Positions 26,501 through 53,790 of a DNA stretch of 64,000 bases are shown here, one piece after another (position 1 is the first letter of the stretch; each line of letters opens with the position of its first letter). The DNA lies in NCBI GenBank assembly GCA_002269645.1, contig NIVC01001709.1:62001-126000 (forward strand), in the 5' to 3' direction. Below the pieces are notes generated by a model, which saw nothing but the letters and a program-made list of their open reading frames with translations, did not search any database and was not told the DNA's origin. A program made the position numbers and the translations under genes. This DNA comes from Macrostomum lignano. Its lineage: Eukaryota.

Positions 26501-29257
26501 GATGGAGTAACAGAGTCTGTATAGACTGCAGATTGGGGGTGACAGAGTCTGTATAGACTGCAGATTTGGAGTGACAGAGTCTGTATAGACTTCAGATTTG
26601 GAGTGACAGAGTCTGTATAGACTGCAGACTTGGAGTGACAGAGTCTGTATAGACTTCAGATGGAGTAACAGAGTCTGTATAGACTGCAGATTTGGAGTGA
26701 CAGAGTCTGTATAGACTGCAGATTTGGAGTGACAGAGTCTGTATAGACTGCAGATTTGGGGTGACAGAGTCTGTATAGACTTCAGACTTGGAGTGACAGA
26801 GTCTGTATAGACTGCAGAGTTGGAGTGACAGAGTCTGTATAGACTTCAGATTTGGAGTAACAGAGTCTGTATAAACTGCAGATTGGGAGTGACAGAGTCT
26901 GTATAGACTTCAGATTTGGAGTGACAGAGTCTGTATAGACTGCAGATTTGGAGTGACAGAGTCTGTATAGACTGCAGACTTGGAGTGACAGAGTCTGTAT
27001 AGACTTCAGATGGAGTAACAGAGTCTGTATAGACTGCAGATTGGGGGTGACAGAGTCTGTATAGACTGCAGATTGGGGGTGACAGAGTCTGTATAGACTG
27101 CAGATTTGGGGTGACAGAGTCTGTATAGACTGCAGATTTGGAGTGACAGAGTCTGTATAGACTGCAGACTTGGAGTGACAGAGTCTGTATAGACTTCAGA
27201 TGGAGTAACAGAGTCTGTATAGACTGCAGATTTGGGGTGACAGAGTCTGTATAGACTGCAGATTTGGGGTGACAGAGTCTGTATAGACTGCAGATTTGGA
27301 GTGACAGAGTCTGTATAGACTTCAGACTTGGAGTGACAGAGTCTGTATAGACTGCAGATTTGGGGTGACAGAGTCTGTATAGACTTCAGACTTGGAGTGA
27401 CAGAGTCTGTATAGACTGCAGATTGGGAGTGACAGAGTCTGTATAGACTTCAGATTTGGAGTGACAGAGTCTGTATAGACTTCAGATTTGGAGTGACAGA
27501 GTCTGTATAGACTTCAGATTTGGAGTCAAGAATCTGTATAGACTTCAGACTTGGAGTGACAGAGTCTGTATAGACTGCAGAGTTGGAGTGACAGAGTCTG
27601 TATAGACTTCAGATTTGGAGTAACAGAGTCTGTATAGACTGCAGATGGAGTAACAGAGTCTGTATAGACTGCAGATTGGGGGTGACAGAGTCTGTATAGA
27701 CCGCAGATTTGGGGTGACAGAGTCTGTATAGACTTCAGATTTGGAGTGACAGAGTCTGTATAGACTGCAGACTTGGAGTGACAGAGTCTGTATAGACTTC
27801 AGATGGAGTAACAGAGTCTGTATAGACTGCAGATTGGGGGTGACAGAGTCTGTATAGACTGCAGATTTGGAGTGACAGAGTCTGTATAGACTTCAGATTT
27901 GGAGTGACAGAGTCTGTATAGACTGCAGACTTGGAGTGACAGAGTCTGTATAGACTTCAGATGGAGTAACAGAGTCTGTATAGACTGCAGATTTGGAGTG
28001 ACAGAGTCTGTATAGACTGCAGATTTGGAGTGACAGAGTCTGTATAGACTGCAGATTTGGGGTGACAGAGTCTGTATAGACTTCAGACTTGGAGTGACAG
28101 AGTCTGTATAGACTGCAGAGTTGGAGTGACAGAGTCTGTATAGACTTCAGATTTGGAGTAACAGAGTCTGTATAGACTGCAGATTGGGAGTGACAGAGTC
28201 TGTATAGACTTCAGATTTGGAGTGACAGAGTCTGTATAGACTGCAGATTTGGAGTGACAGAGTCTGTATAGACTGCAGACTTGGAGTGACAGAGTCTGTA
28301 TAGACTTCAGATGGAGTAACAGAGTCTGTATAGACTGCAGATTGGGGGTGACAGAGTCTGTATAGACTGCAGATTGGGGGTGACAGAGTCTGTATAGACT
28401 GCAGATTTGGGGTGACAGAGTCTGTATAGACTGCAGATTTGGAGTGACAGAGTCTGTATAGACTGCAGACTTGGAGTGACAGAGTCTGTATAGACTTCAG
28501 ATGGAGTAACAGAGTCTGTATAGACTTCAGATTTGGAGTGACAGAGTCTGTATAGACTGCAGATTTGGAGTCACAGAGTCTGTATAGACTGTAGACTTTG
28601 AGTGACAGAGGCTGTATAGACTGCAGACTTGGAGTGACAGAGTCTGTATAGACTTCAGATGGAGTAACAGAGTCTGTATAGACTGCAGATTTGGGGTGAC
28701 AGAGTCTGTATAGACTGCAGATTTGGAGTCACAGAGTCTGTATAGACTTCAGACTTGGAGTGACAGAGTCTGTATAGACTGCAGAGTTGGAGTGACAGAG
28801 TCTGTATAGACTTCAGATTTGGAGTAACAGAGTCTGTATAGACTTCAGATGGAGTAACAGAGTCTGTATAGACTGCAGATTTGGAGTGACAGAGTCTGTA
28901 TAGACTGCAGATTTGGGGTGACAGAGTCTGTATAGACTTCAGATTTGGAGTGACAGAGTCTGTATAGACTGCAGATTTGGAGTGACAGAGTCTGTATAGA
29001 CTTCAGACTTGGAGTGACAGAGTCTGTATAGACTGCAGAGTTGGAGTGACAGAGTCTGTATAGACTTCAGATTTGGAGTAACAGAGTCTGTATAGACTGC
29101 AGATTGGGAGTGACAGAGTCTGTATAGACTTCAGATTTGGAGTGACAGAGTCTGTATAGACTTCAGATTTGGAGTGACAGAGTCTGTATAGACTGCAGAT
29201 TTGGAGTCACAGAGTCTGTATAGACTGTAGACTTTGAGTGACAGAGGCTGTATAGAC
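20546..29257. repeat. 8.7-kb satellite of interleaved 32-bp and 30-bp units (GAGTGACAGAGTCTGTATAGACTGCAGATTTG / GAGTAACAGAGTCTGTATAGACTTCAGATG)
   Basis: Directly visible, roughly 275 units. Rare variants recur at kb spacing, indicating higher-order duplication. Confidence 0.98.
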
Positions 29258-30067
29258 CGTGTGGACTAATATAACTTTAAAAGTCACCAAATTTGTTTCA
29301 TAGCGAACAAAACCATTTGTTTTTGCGAAGACAGAACTCGCAAAACAGTTAATTAACAAACCGAAATTTACTTATTTTATTTTCATGCTGTGTATACAAC
29401 AGTGGGGGGTTCGCTACAGAGAATGAATGGCAAATTCAAAAAGGAATATTTAATAAAACAAAAGCAACAAATTTTAAATGTCATAAAGGGTGCATCAAAA
29501 GCTGTAGTATGCGTTATGATATAAATATCTTGCTATTAGCCTATTAATATAAAATTTCATTATTAAAGTGCATCGAATCTCGATTGGCAAAGATAAGCAA
29601 CTAAATTATTTTATTAACAACATGTAGTTTTCCTTACTGTAACAGAAAATAACAATATTTAACCATTACAATTTTTTATCTCACACATAGATTCAAAACT
29701 TTGGAACTGATAATCAATTTAGTATTACTAAATATTGGAACCAGCAATTGCATGGGTGTTTTTAATTCAAGCAATTAAGTAATAAACTTGTGCCGAATGC
29801 AGATGTATAATTTAAGATAAAGATAGCTTAGAGCAAGTTTAGTTCATATGCATCATCATTAATTACTTGTATTAGTAACAGTTTGGACAACAAAACATAA
29901 CTAGCAAACAATAACTCTAGGCGTCGGATCACGTGACTAAATATTCTGCCACTATTAGTCACGTGACTTTATAAATCTCTAACCCCGCGGCATACAGTCA
30001 CGTGACTAAATAACCCGCGACTGCTAGTCACGTGATTAAGAATTGACTATCAATAAATAGCGCGGCC

Positions 30068-37522
<7,455 letters not shown>

Positions 37523-37554
37523 CAATTGCTCAGTGCGACTCTGTGGAGTTGGAT

Positions 37555-38522
37555 GGGTCAGGAAGACTGGAGCATCGGTGGGTCAGGAAGACTGGAGCAT
37601 CGGTGGATCAGGAAGACTGGAGCATCGGTGGGTCAGGAAGGCTGGAGCATCGGTGGGTCAGGAAGGCTGGAGCATCGGTGGGTCAGGAAGGCTGGAGCAT
37701 CGGTGGGTCAGGAAGGCTGGAGCATCGGTGGGTCAGGAAGGCTGGAGCATCGGTGGGTCAGGAAGGCTGGAGCATCGGTGGGTCAGGAAGACTGGAGCAT
37801 CGGTGGGTCAGGAAGGCTGGAGCATCGGTGGGTCAGGAAGGCTGGAGCATCGGTGGGTCAGGAAGGCTGGAGCATCGGTGGGTCAGGAAGGCTGGAGCAT
37901 CGGTGGGTCAGGAAGGCTGGAGCATCGGTGGGTCAGGAAGGCTGGAGCATCGGTGGGTCAGGAAGGCTGGAGCATCGGTGGGTCAGGAAGGCTGGAGCAT
38001 CGGTGGGTCAGGAAGGCTGGAGCATCGGTGGGTCAGGAAGGCTGGAGCATCGGTGGGTCAGGAAGGCTGGAGCATCGGTGGGTCAGGAAGGCTGGAGCAT
38101 CGGTGGGTCAGGAAGGCTGGGGCATCGGTGGGTCAGGAAGGCTGGAGCATCGGTGGGTCAGGAAGGCTGGAGCATCGGTAGGTCAGGAAGGCTGGAGCAT
38201 CAGTGGGTCAGGAGGGAGCATCAGTGGGTCAGGAGGGAGCATCGGTGGGTCAGGAGGGAGCATCGGTGGGTCAGGAGGGAGCATCAGTGGGTCAGGAGGG
38301 AGCATCGGTGGGTCAGGAGGGAGCATCAGTGGGTCAGGAGGGAGCATCGGTGGGTCAGGAGGGAGCATCGGTGGGTCAGAAGGGAGCATCGGTGCGTCAG
38401 GAAGGACATCGGTGGGTCAGGAGGGAGCATCGGTGGGTCAGGAGGGAGCATCGGTGGGTCAGGAGGGAGCATCGGTGGGTCAGGAGGGAGCATCGGTGGG
38501 TCAGGAAGGAGCATCGGTGGGT
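37555..38522. repeat. 25-bp array (GGGTCAGGAAGGCTGGAGCATCGGT) switching to a 21-bp derivative
   Basis: Directly visible; unit switch near 38200. Confidence 0.96.
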
Positions 38523-38549
38523 CACGAGTTTTGCTTCGAGTACTAGTAC

Positions 38550-39130
38550 CTCTGATAAGTTAATTGGTAATTGGAAAAACAGCAACAAGGCCTACTTAAT
38601 TGAATTTGGGAGAAATTTCCCCGCAGGATAAGAAGTTCTCTCCCCTTTCACTAGCCAGGCCAAAGTGCCCCCAGTGCCCCAGCTGATAAAGGCATCAAGA
38701 TCTTACCTGCGGCAGAGGTGGTTACAGGTGATAAGCCCGGGTTGCCTTTCTTAGAAACTGGAGCTTAAGGTAGGAATGGATTAGCAGGAAGGCAGCAGTC
38801 GGTAGATCCTGTGAGCGATTTGCTTCACGCGGATTAGCAGCTGGCGGCAGATGCCCTTCAGGCTGTCCGTCTGCAAATTTTGATAAGCCGGGCAGTGCTT
38901 GTTAGAGAAAGCGATAATTCAGCCGGGGTCTCCGCTATCTCTCTCTCCCCCGGGCTCCGCCAGATCATCGCTTGATAAATCTTGACGGCCGGAGCGAAAA
39001 ACCTTGTGGGGTTGTGGCGGCGGTCGGTCGGGAGCCTGGGTGATGGGGTGGAGAGGCTGAGGGGGGACACTCGGAAAGGGGGCAGAGGGAGTGTGCGGCT
39101 AGCGGCTCAAGAGGTCGGCTGCGATTGGCT
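38550..39130 (-). promoter_or_regulatory. Candidate GATA123 non-coding first exon (donor CAG|gtaaga at 38707) and promoter with six WGATAR sites and a CCAAT box
   Basis: Strong donor at 38706-38701; an in-frame TAA lies just upstream, so the exon is non-coding. WGATAR at 38553, 38684, 38729, 38881, 38935 and 38973; ATTGG at about 39124. Confidence 0.5.
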
Positions 39131-40011
39131 CCGCTCCCAGTTAATGATGAGGCGCCTGGAATCTGGGTGATCTGTGAATTGTTTGACCGAATGAGGCACT
39201 CTAGATGAAATTGAAATTCAAGTAAAATGAGCGTCTGCTCACTGATCGCTGCTCCATTTCTGCTGAGCAACTTTCACGAGTTCAAATGCTTGACGAAGCA
39301 AGCAGTTTTTATAGTTCAATCAATGATTAATCCTGCGGTAATTTGAAGAACCAACAACCCCCCCCCCCCCGGTAAAACAATGCAGCGAGTCTGCCACCAA
39401 GACACAACCAGCCCACGCACAGCGGGCAGTCAGATGATGCTACTGCTGATGATGATGAATGCAGCCTCTCCGAGCAGGTTGCCACGGGAACCCGGCCGGC
39501 CAGCCCGTTGAATTTCGGGATCCTAAATAAGCCTCGAAGTCCGGTGTGGTTGTTAACCCCCCCCCCTCAGCAGCCCAGACAGCACGGAAGAAGAAGGGGT
39601 GCCACGCTGGAGGGGGCCGCAATTGCAAGGTGCAAAAGCAAAGATTATTCTTTTGCCTCTTGTCTTTCTTTCTTCGTTATTTCTTTCTTTCCTTCTCTCT
39701 CCTGCGCTTGTGTTCAGCCCGACCTGTCTTGGAAGCCCCCGCAGGCCTCCCTCCCGCTTCCCACTGAACCCCCGCCACTTTCGACAAGTTTTTGTTGCAG
39801 ACTCTCCTGACTGCTTGTGCTGGCCGCTTCTGGTGCTGCTAAAGGTCTGGGGGGTGCGAACCTGACTTGGCCTCGGCCTCCAGCCCCCAGACTAATTAGC
39901 CAGTATGAAGCCGGGGTGGCAACACCATGAAACTGTACTGAACCCCTGCGGACTGCCTGCCTATCAAAGTCAATATTGTAATGCAATATAGAACACTGCA
40001 CACTGCACACC

Positions 40012-40430
<419 letters not shown>

Positions 40431-40979
40431 AAAATTGCAGCCGCCACCGCAGTTAGCAGGCAGCCGCGGGCGGCTCTGCATGGCTGGCCGCGCATTCGTT
40501 AGTGTTTATGGCGCACAGCAATTGCATTTATTTTACTATACACGCGCCGCATTGTCTGGCGGGGGCAGCGGTGCCTCACAGCAGGAACCCCAAGCCGCAG
40601 CCGTGATCCCGCATTGACCATATTTCACCATCGCGCAGACCCCCCCCCCGTGTTCGCCAGCTCAGATTCATTCGTCAGTGATAGAGAAGGGCTTGGCGGC
40701 AGCAACAGATCGCTTATCTCCTGCACTGCCTGGCATGGGCAGCGCAAACTGCCCGGTGCATTAAACCAGTTTACGGCTGTTTGTAAAGTCGATTGCAGGT
40801 ACTTGCTAACAGCTTGACACCTCTGTTCCCACCGCACTTCAGCTCTTGGTCTGATGTAATGAGTGGCAATATGGTCTGAGGGAATGTTGCTATTTGCAAA
40901 CTTTATTGATCGTTACTATAACTTTTTAAATGATTACTTTTTTACATTCCATCTTGAGATCTATGGTTTAGTTTAATTT

Positions 40980-41720
<741 letters not shown>

Positions 41721-43874
41721 GTTTGTTTGTTTGTTTGTTAGATGGTTAGAAAAATGAATGAGCTAGAAATTGCTTCACAACAAAATATAGCTAAATTTGA
41801 CTCTAAATCTTCAATATTCATTCAAGCGCTGTCGTGTGTGTCGTGTTTTCGTTCTCTGATTCAAGATTCTGGAGATCTTGGATTATGGCTTGTTGTTAAG
41901 CGAGCAACCCTACCCGTTTTCGTTCTCTATTGTAAAAAATCTCCAGAATCCAAGCCAGCCCCTCATCAAAACCAAGACGCCAGCCAGCCGGTGAAATGGC
42001 TGACGGTAGCGAAGCTGCACCTTCATCTGCTGGTACCTTGGCCTCAACAATAGCTCCATTTCACTAGCAGATGAACGTCAGCAATCAATGGCTAACAATG
42101 GAGCAACAGAGCTTTTTGCTGGTTGTTTTTTTTACAATTTTATATGGCATTTTCAACCAGCCAGTCTCCACTACTCGGTTAACCCGGGTGGCTCCAACCA
42201 GGTCTTATACTGCCCGCATCGGCTCAGCCAAGGAGGTCTGGAGCTAAGGATCTGGATGAGCGATTTTACCCGAGAATCCCCCCATTCTTTTCTTACCGAA
42301 TGCGGCTGATGCAGCCGACTCTTGCAGACTCTCTAAATAGGCCTTCTTTTCTAGGAAAGACTTGTCAATCCAGATGTTTGCTTAGCAATAATCTCTTGGG
42401 CCAATCTCCCAACACGATGTGGGAATAATAACAATGCGCACTGCCGTCCCTCTCTCCCTCAGCCTGATGAAGAGCGGAGATCAGCTGCTCAGATCAGAAA
42501 TCTCAGCGGTATTTTGAGCTCGACTTCTCCGCGGCCGGGGGGCTCCGCTGGCCCAAAGCTTGCAGAGATCCTGCATGCATTCCCGATGCCAGCATCCCCG
42601 CTCACCATCAAGATAAGGCCAGCCCGGCATTGCAAGGGGAAAATATCCCCCCCCTCATTGCGCCACCCTGCAGAGGAAGCCTCCGAGCCCGCTGCCTGCT
42701 CATGTCTGTCAAAAATATCCCCCAGCAGCAGCAACGGCAGTTTTCAAACAATTCGCCTCGGTTACGACAATTATTTTTTCTCCTTTTAAAAGCAGATTTC
42801 TCTCTTGGCCAGAAAGTTGATTGAAGCGCCAGATTAGCTGTGAAAGACCCGAAGCTCTGGGTTTTGGAATTTTTCTGTAAAAAAATACTGCTTCATTGCC
42901 AATGCTGGGGCGATGCAAGTCTCGGGTCGGATGGTAGGGTTCAGGTGGAGGTCCCGGGTTCGATTCCGTGCGCTAATGAGCACCGACCCCCAAAACACAC
43001 AGAGTGTACATGCCTGACCATTAGACAGTCAAAGGGCCGCCGCTGTACACCCTGTGTGCCCGGTGCTCGTATCGAGGGGCGGACTCGAACTCAAAAAGGT
43101 TGAGCCGTTCTTCGCGAAGCATCAAAAGATTTGGTCAAAGGAATTCGCCAAAACTGCATGCGCCGGACGACGAATAGCTTTTGTTTTGTTATAATCATTG
43201 ATTTAAGGGCTTTGGGGGCAGCGGACGAATTCAAAAGCAAAAAGAAGCTGCAGGAAAAGCATTCGGCTTGAAGGGCCCTGGCGAGACACAGATTGCAATC
43301 TCACTTTTTTTGCCGAGAGAAATGCGATCGGCCTTCGTCCCTGGCCCGCCGCCAGCCGCCAACAACAGAATTTTGAAAAAAAATGAAGACACAAAGAAGA
43401 CAGGCGCCCAGAAGAGGCAACGGCTCCCTCGGCGTGCCACCGAATGTCGATGCAAAATCTGATATTTGAAGATTACCCCCCCCCCCGGTGTTCCTCGGGC
43501 GCGCGTGTCGGCGGGTGAATGATGGGGCGGTGAGATATTGTGCGGCGGTCCGCTGTCGCAGCCTCTGTGGACAATTTTTTGCCGGTTTGTCTGCCTCCGG
43601 CGCAACTGAGATTTATGAGGCCGATGGAAAACTGCTCAGCTTGGGATTTTATTGGCCAGCAAAATGGGATCTGACGCAAGATTTTTGCAGAAGCGCAACA
43701 GACGGGAATATGTGTCCCGGGTTCGAGATCGCTTTTTGATTTCTGTTTGAATTCCTTCATTGGTTTTCTTTGTCCAGTTGCCACCGCTATGCAGATGGTT
43801 GCTTTTATCATGGACCCGTGTCCTGACGGTATCAGGATTCAAGGACATTCAATAGACTGGTGATATGGTGGACG

Positions 43875-44312
43875 CATTTCTTGGAAATGCTGCTGACAAG
43901 TTTCTTGGAAATATAACAGGCACATTTCTTTGAAATATTTGACACGTTTCTTTGAAATGTTACAGACATATTTCTTGGAAATGTTACAGGCACATTTCTT
44001 GGAAATGTTACAGGCACATTTCTTGGAAATGGTACAGTTACACGCAAATTTCTTGGAAATGTCACAGGCACATTTTTTTGAAACGTTACAGGCAAATTTC
44101 TTGGAAATATTACAGGCACATTTCTTTAAATGGTACGGGCACATTTCTTGGAAACGTTACAGGCAAATTTCTTGGAAATATTTCAGGTACATTTCTCTAA
44201 ATGGTACAGGCACATTTCTTGGAAATATTTGACACGTTTCTCAGAATTGTTTACAGGCACATTTCTTGGAAATGTCACAGGCAAATTTCTTAGAAATGTT
44301 ACGGGCACATTT
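43875..44312. repeat. Degenerate 24-bp minisatellite (TGTTACAGGCACATTTCTTGGAAA)
   Basis: Period 24 at 43981/44005. Confidence 0.88.
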
Positions 44313-45074
44313 CTGCGACAGAACAGAACAGAACAGTTCTGTGACAGTTTGAAGACATTTGTGAAGATATCAAGAACACAATAGAATGGTGACATGGTGG
44401 ACATATTTCTGGACAACTTCCAGGAAGCTTCTAAAAAGTGTCTTAAAAGTGGAAATTTCTTAGAACCGTCACAGAATTCTCAGAGAAATGCCAAGAAGTT
44501 GTTTAAAAATGTTTCAGGCTAATTTCTAGGAAACGCCAAAGAAACGTTTCTTAGAAAAGTCTCATTATTTCGGACAAATCTTTTAGAAAATTTATTGACT
44601 TTTTTGAAGAAAAAATAAATCGCTTGAAAGCCATTAAAAGGAAATAATAGTTTTCTGGCACTCATAAATTTACGCACTACAAAGAGAGGAAAGAAAGCGA
44701 GCTTCTTTATATTATATTTGCTGTAATTCACAAAATTTAAGACAATTTTCTAACTGAAATCTTGTTATGAACAGAGCTCTCCGAGGTTCTGATTTTGGGA
44801 ATTTTTAGTTATCAGCGAAGCTTAAAGAGAATAATTATATTGACAGGCCTTTTTAATCTAACTTAAATTCACACGACAGTGAAATAACTTTGCGTAGATC
44901 AATGAGTAGTATATTAGTGGCATTATTAACAAATAAGTTGAGTTCATTATCGACCAAAGCACTGATTTTGAAGCTTTTAAAATAAAGATACTCACTATTC
45001 ACTATTTGGACATTCTAAAAAAATCTCGCCGACAAAGCATGTCTTCAGTCATCAGAGCAGAGAAAGGCCGTCCA

Positions 45075-50965
<5,891 letters not shown>

Positions 50966-52095
50966 CAGCAATCGAACAAGTCAGTCTGGAATCGCAATCA
51001 AGTTTCCGATTGATTAATCATGTTTAAATGCCAATTAGGTCAAGCATACGACTGGTAAAATAACAGCACGAGCGTATGCACACTTGCTCTCGAGAATTTA
51101 ATAAGCAGACTAACAGACAGGGTAAAAGTTCAGCCCCAGCTTCTGTTCAATTCTGGGGCCTTGACAGCTAAAATTAGGTCATGCAATCAGTTTATTAAAG
51201 ATAGAAGAACTTTACACAAAACGCCATAAAATTTCTTTGTAATTTTTTTATAATCACAGGCTGATGCACAGAAACATGAATGCCAGAAGACGACTTGGTC
51301 AAAAAGCATAATTATTCATGTTATCAAATTGTCTGTATAGAGCAACTAGCAACTAGATATTTAACTAGCTTTACTGACGTATTTTGCCCCTGTAGAATAG
51401 AAAGCCAACTTTGCTTTGAGTGCAGATTGGTGATCTAGTGACATTTCATCACATTTTTTAAATTAAAGGGATTTTTCGAATTCTTAAGATTAAAATATTA
51501 CTATTCGCAAATTACTTCACAGATGCAAGTGCAGCTTTACTGTCAAGCATTGTTTTGCTTTCTAAGGCGCTATCAGAACTAAAAATCCTGATATGTAAAG
51601 ATGCATAAATAATTTTAAAAAGTATGACAGTGAATTTTCACAAAAAGGCTAGCCGCCTAACTCCTTATAGACCTCGAAACCCGTGCTCCTCCAGGCGCTA
51701 ACAAAATATCTTGTTTTTGTCACAATGGCAATGTTTTTCTTTTTCAAGTTTCTTAATTGCAAGCTGTTGAAAATATTTCCTACATAACAGCAAAAAGTTA
51801 ATGGAGACGAGACGATCCTAGTGACCTAGTCATGTAAAAATATTTTGGTAAAAATATTCAAAAATACGTGGAATCGTTTCTCCATTGTTTTTATTGAAAA
51901 AAGCGAAACAACCGAAAACAAAGACTACTTGGAGAAATTTTGCTTTAAGCGAACTCAATTTATCTCTTCTTAAAACTCAATATTTGAACGTTTTAAATGA
52001 CTGCAAGCATAGGATTACCTTAGGGCTTATCTTGAGCGAAGAAACTAATTTACAAAGCAAAAATTTGAACTAATTCGAATATAGGGAGCGATGGA

Positions 52096-52107
52096 TTGCC
52101 ATGGCAA
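52096..52107. promoter_or_regulatory. X-box-like palindrome TTGCCATGGCAA (candidate RFX site for CFAP91)
   Basis: Perfect 12-bp core of the X-box consensus GTTGCCATGGCAAC, lacking the outer G/C, about 1.1 kb upstream of a ciliary gene. Confidence 0.35.
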
Positions 52108-52308
52108 ATTACAAAATGCTAAATATAGAGAGGAAAACAATTTTTAAAAACATTTAAAATTAAATTTCCTTATTTTTTAACATAGAAAAAGTTTTGTCGA
52201 GAATTACTGTAGCTGTTTTGTTTTTTCTTGCTAAAAATTTTTAAATATGCGTCTTCGTCGAAAGTTTTAAATAATAGCTCTAAAAAAACCGTTGGTCCAG
52301 TCCCTGTC

Positions 52309-53790
52309 ACGTATCTGTTTCCCCATAGATATTCGTATTGATATTCAATTTCTAACAAATGCAACAAAATAAACCTACTTGTACAGCTCGGATTTGCTTG
52401 AAAATTTACAGAAAAATTATTACACACAAAACAAACACCTCTGTGAAACTTCAAGTCCATCAGACCACGCAAAGCGGAATGGCAAGAGTTTTAAAGGTGC
52501 TCGTATTTATAATGCATTGTATATGCGCACAGTGTATAACATGTATGCTCATTTGCAACACTTGTACAGCTCGGATTTGCATGAAAATTTACAGAAAAAT
52601 TATTACACACAAAACAAACATCTTTGTGAAACTTCAAGTCCATCAGACCACGCAAAGCGGAATGGCAAGAGTTTTAAAGGTGCTCGTATTTATAATGCAT
52701 TGTATATGCGCACAGTGTATAACATGTATGCCCATTTGCAACACTTGTACAGCTCGGATTTGCATGAAAATTTACAGAAAAATTATTACACACAAAACAA
52801 ACATCTTTGTGAAACTTCAAGTCCATCAGACCACGCAAAGCGGAATGGCAAGAGTTTTAAAGGTGCTCGTATTTATAATGCATTGTATATGCGCACAGTG
52901 TATAACATGTATGCCCATTTGCAACACTTGTACAGCTCGGATTTGCATGAAAATTTACAGAAAAATTATTACACACAAAACAAACACCTCTGTGAAACTT
53001 CAAGTCCATCAGACCACGCAAAGCGGAATGGCAAGAGTTTTAAAGGTGCTCGTATTTATAATGCATTGTATATGCGCACAGTGTATAACATGTATGCCCA
53101 TTTGCAACACTTGTACAGCTCGGATTTGCTTGAAATTTTACAGAAAAATTATTACACACAAAACAAACACCTCTGTGAAACTTCAAGTCCATCAGACCAC
53201 GCAAAGCGGAATGGCAAGAGTTTTAAAGGTGCTCGTATTTATAATGCATTGTATATGCGCACAGTGTATAACATGTATGCCCATTTGCAACACTTGTACA
53301 GCTCGGATTTGCATGAAAATTTACAGAAAAATTATTACACACAAAACAAACACCTCTGTGAAACTTCAAGTCCATCAGACCACGCAAAGCGGAATGGCAA
53401 GAGTTTTAAAGGTGCTCGTATTTATAATGCATTGTATATGCGCACAGTGTATAACATGTATGCCCATTTGCAACACTTGTACAGCTCGGATTTGCTTGAA
53501 ATTTTACAGAAAAATTATTACACACAAAACAAACACCTCTGTGAAACTTCAAGTCCATCAGACCACGCAAAGCGGAATGGCAAGAGTTTTAAAGGTGCTC
53601 GTATTTATAATGCATTGTATATGCGCACAGTGTATAACATGTATGCCCATTTGCAACACTTGTACAGCTCGGATTTGCTTGAAAATTTACAGAAAAATTA
53701 TTACACACAAAACAAACACCTCTGTGAAACTTCAAGTCCATCAGACCACGCAAAGCGGAATGGCAAGAGTTTTTTTAAGGTGCTCGTATA
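52309..53790 (+). repeat. Left inverted arm: about 70-bp unique terminus plus about 7.7 x 183-bp units
   Basis: CTTGTACAGCTCGG recurs at 52378, 52561, 52744, 52927 and onward (period 183). Confidence 0.95.

Noticed and set aside
20546-29257. CRISPR-like array (about 30-bp partly palindromic repeats)
   Set aside because: Units are contiguous with no unique spacers, there are no cas genes, and the context is eukaryotic.
51340-51850. Helitron-like ends (ACTAG / CTAGT motifs)
   Set aside because: Only short motifs; no convincing terminal hairpin or paired ends.
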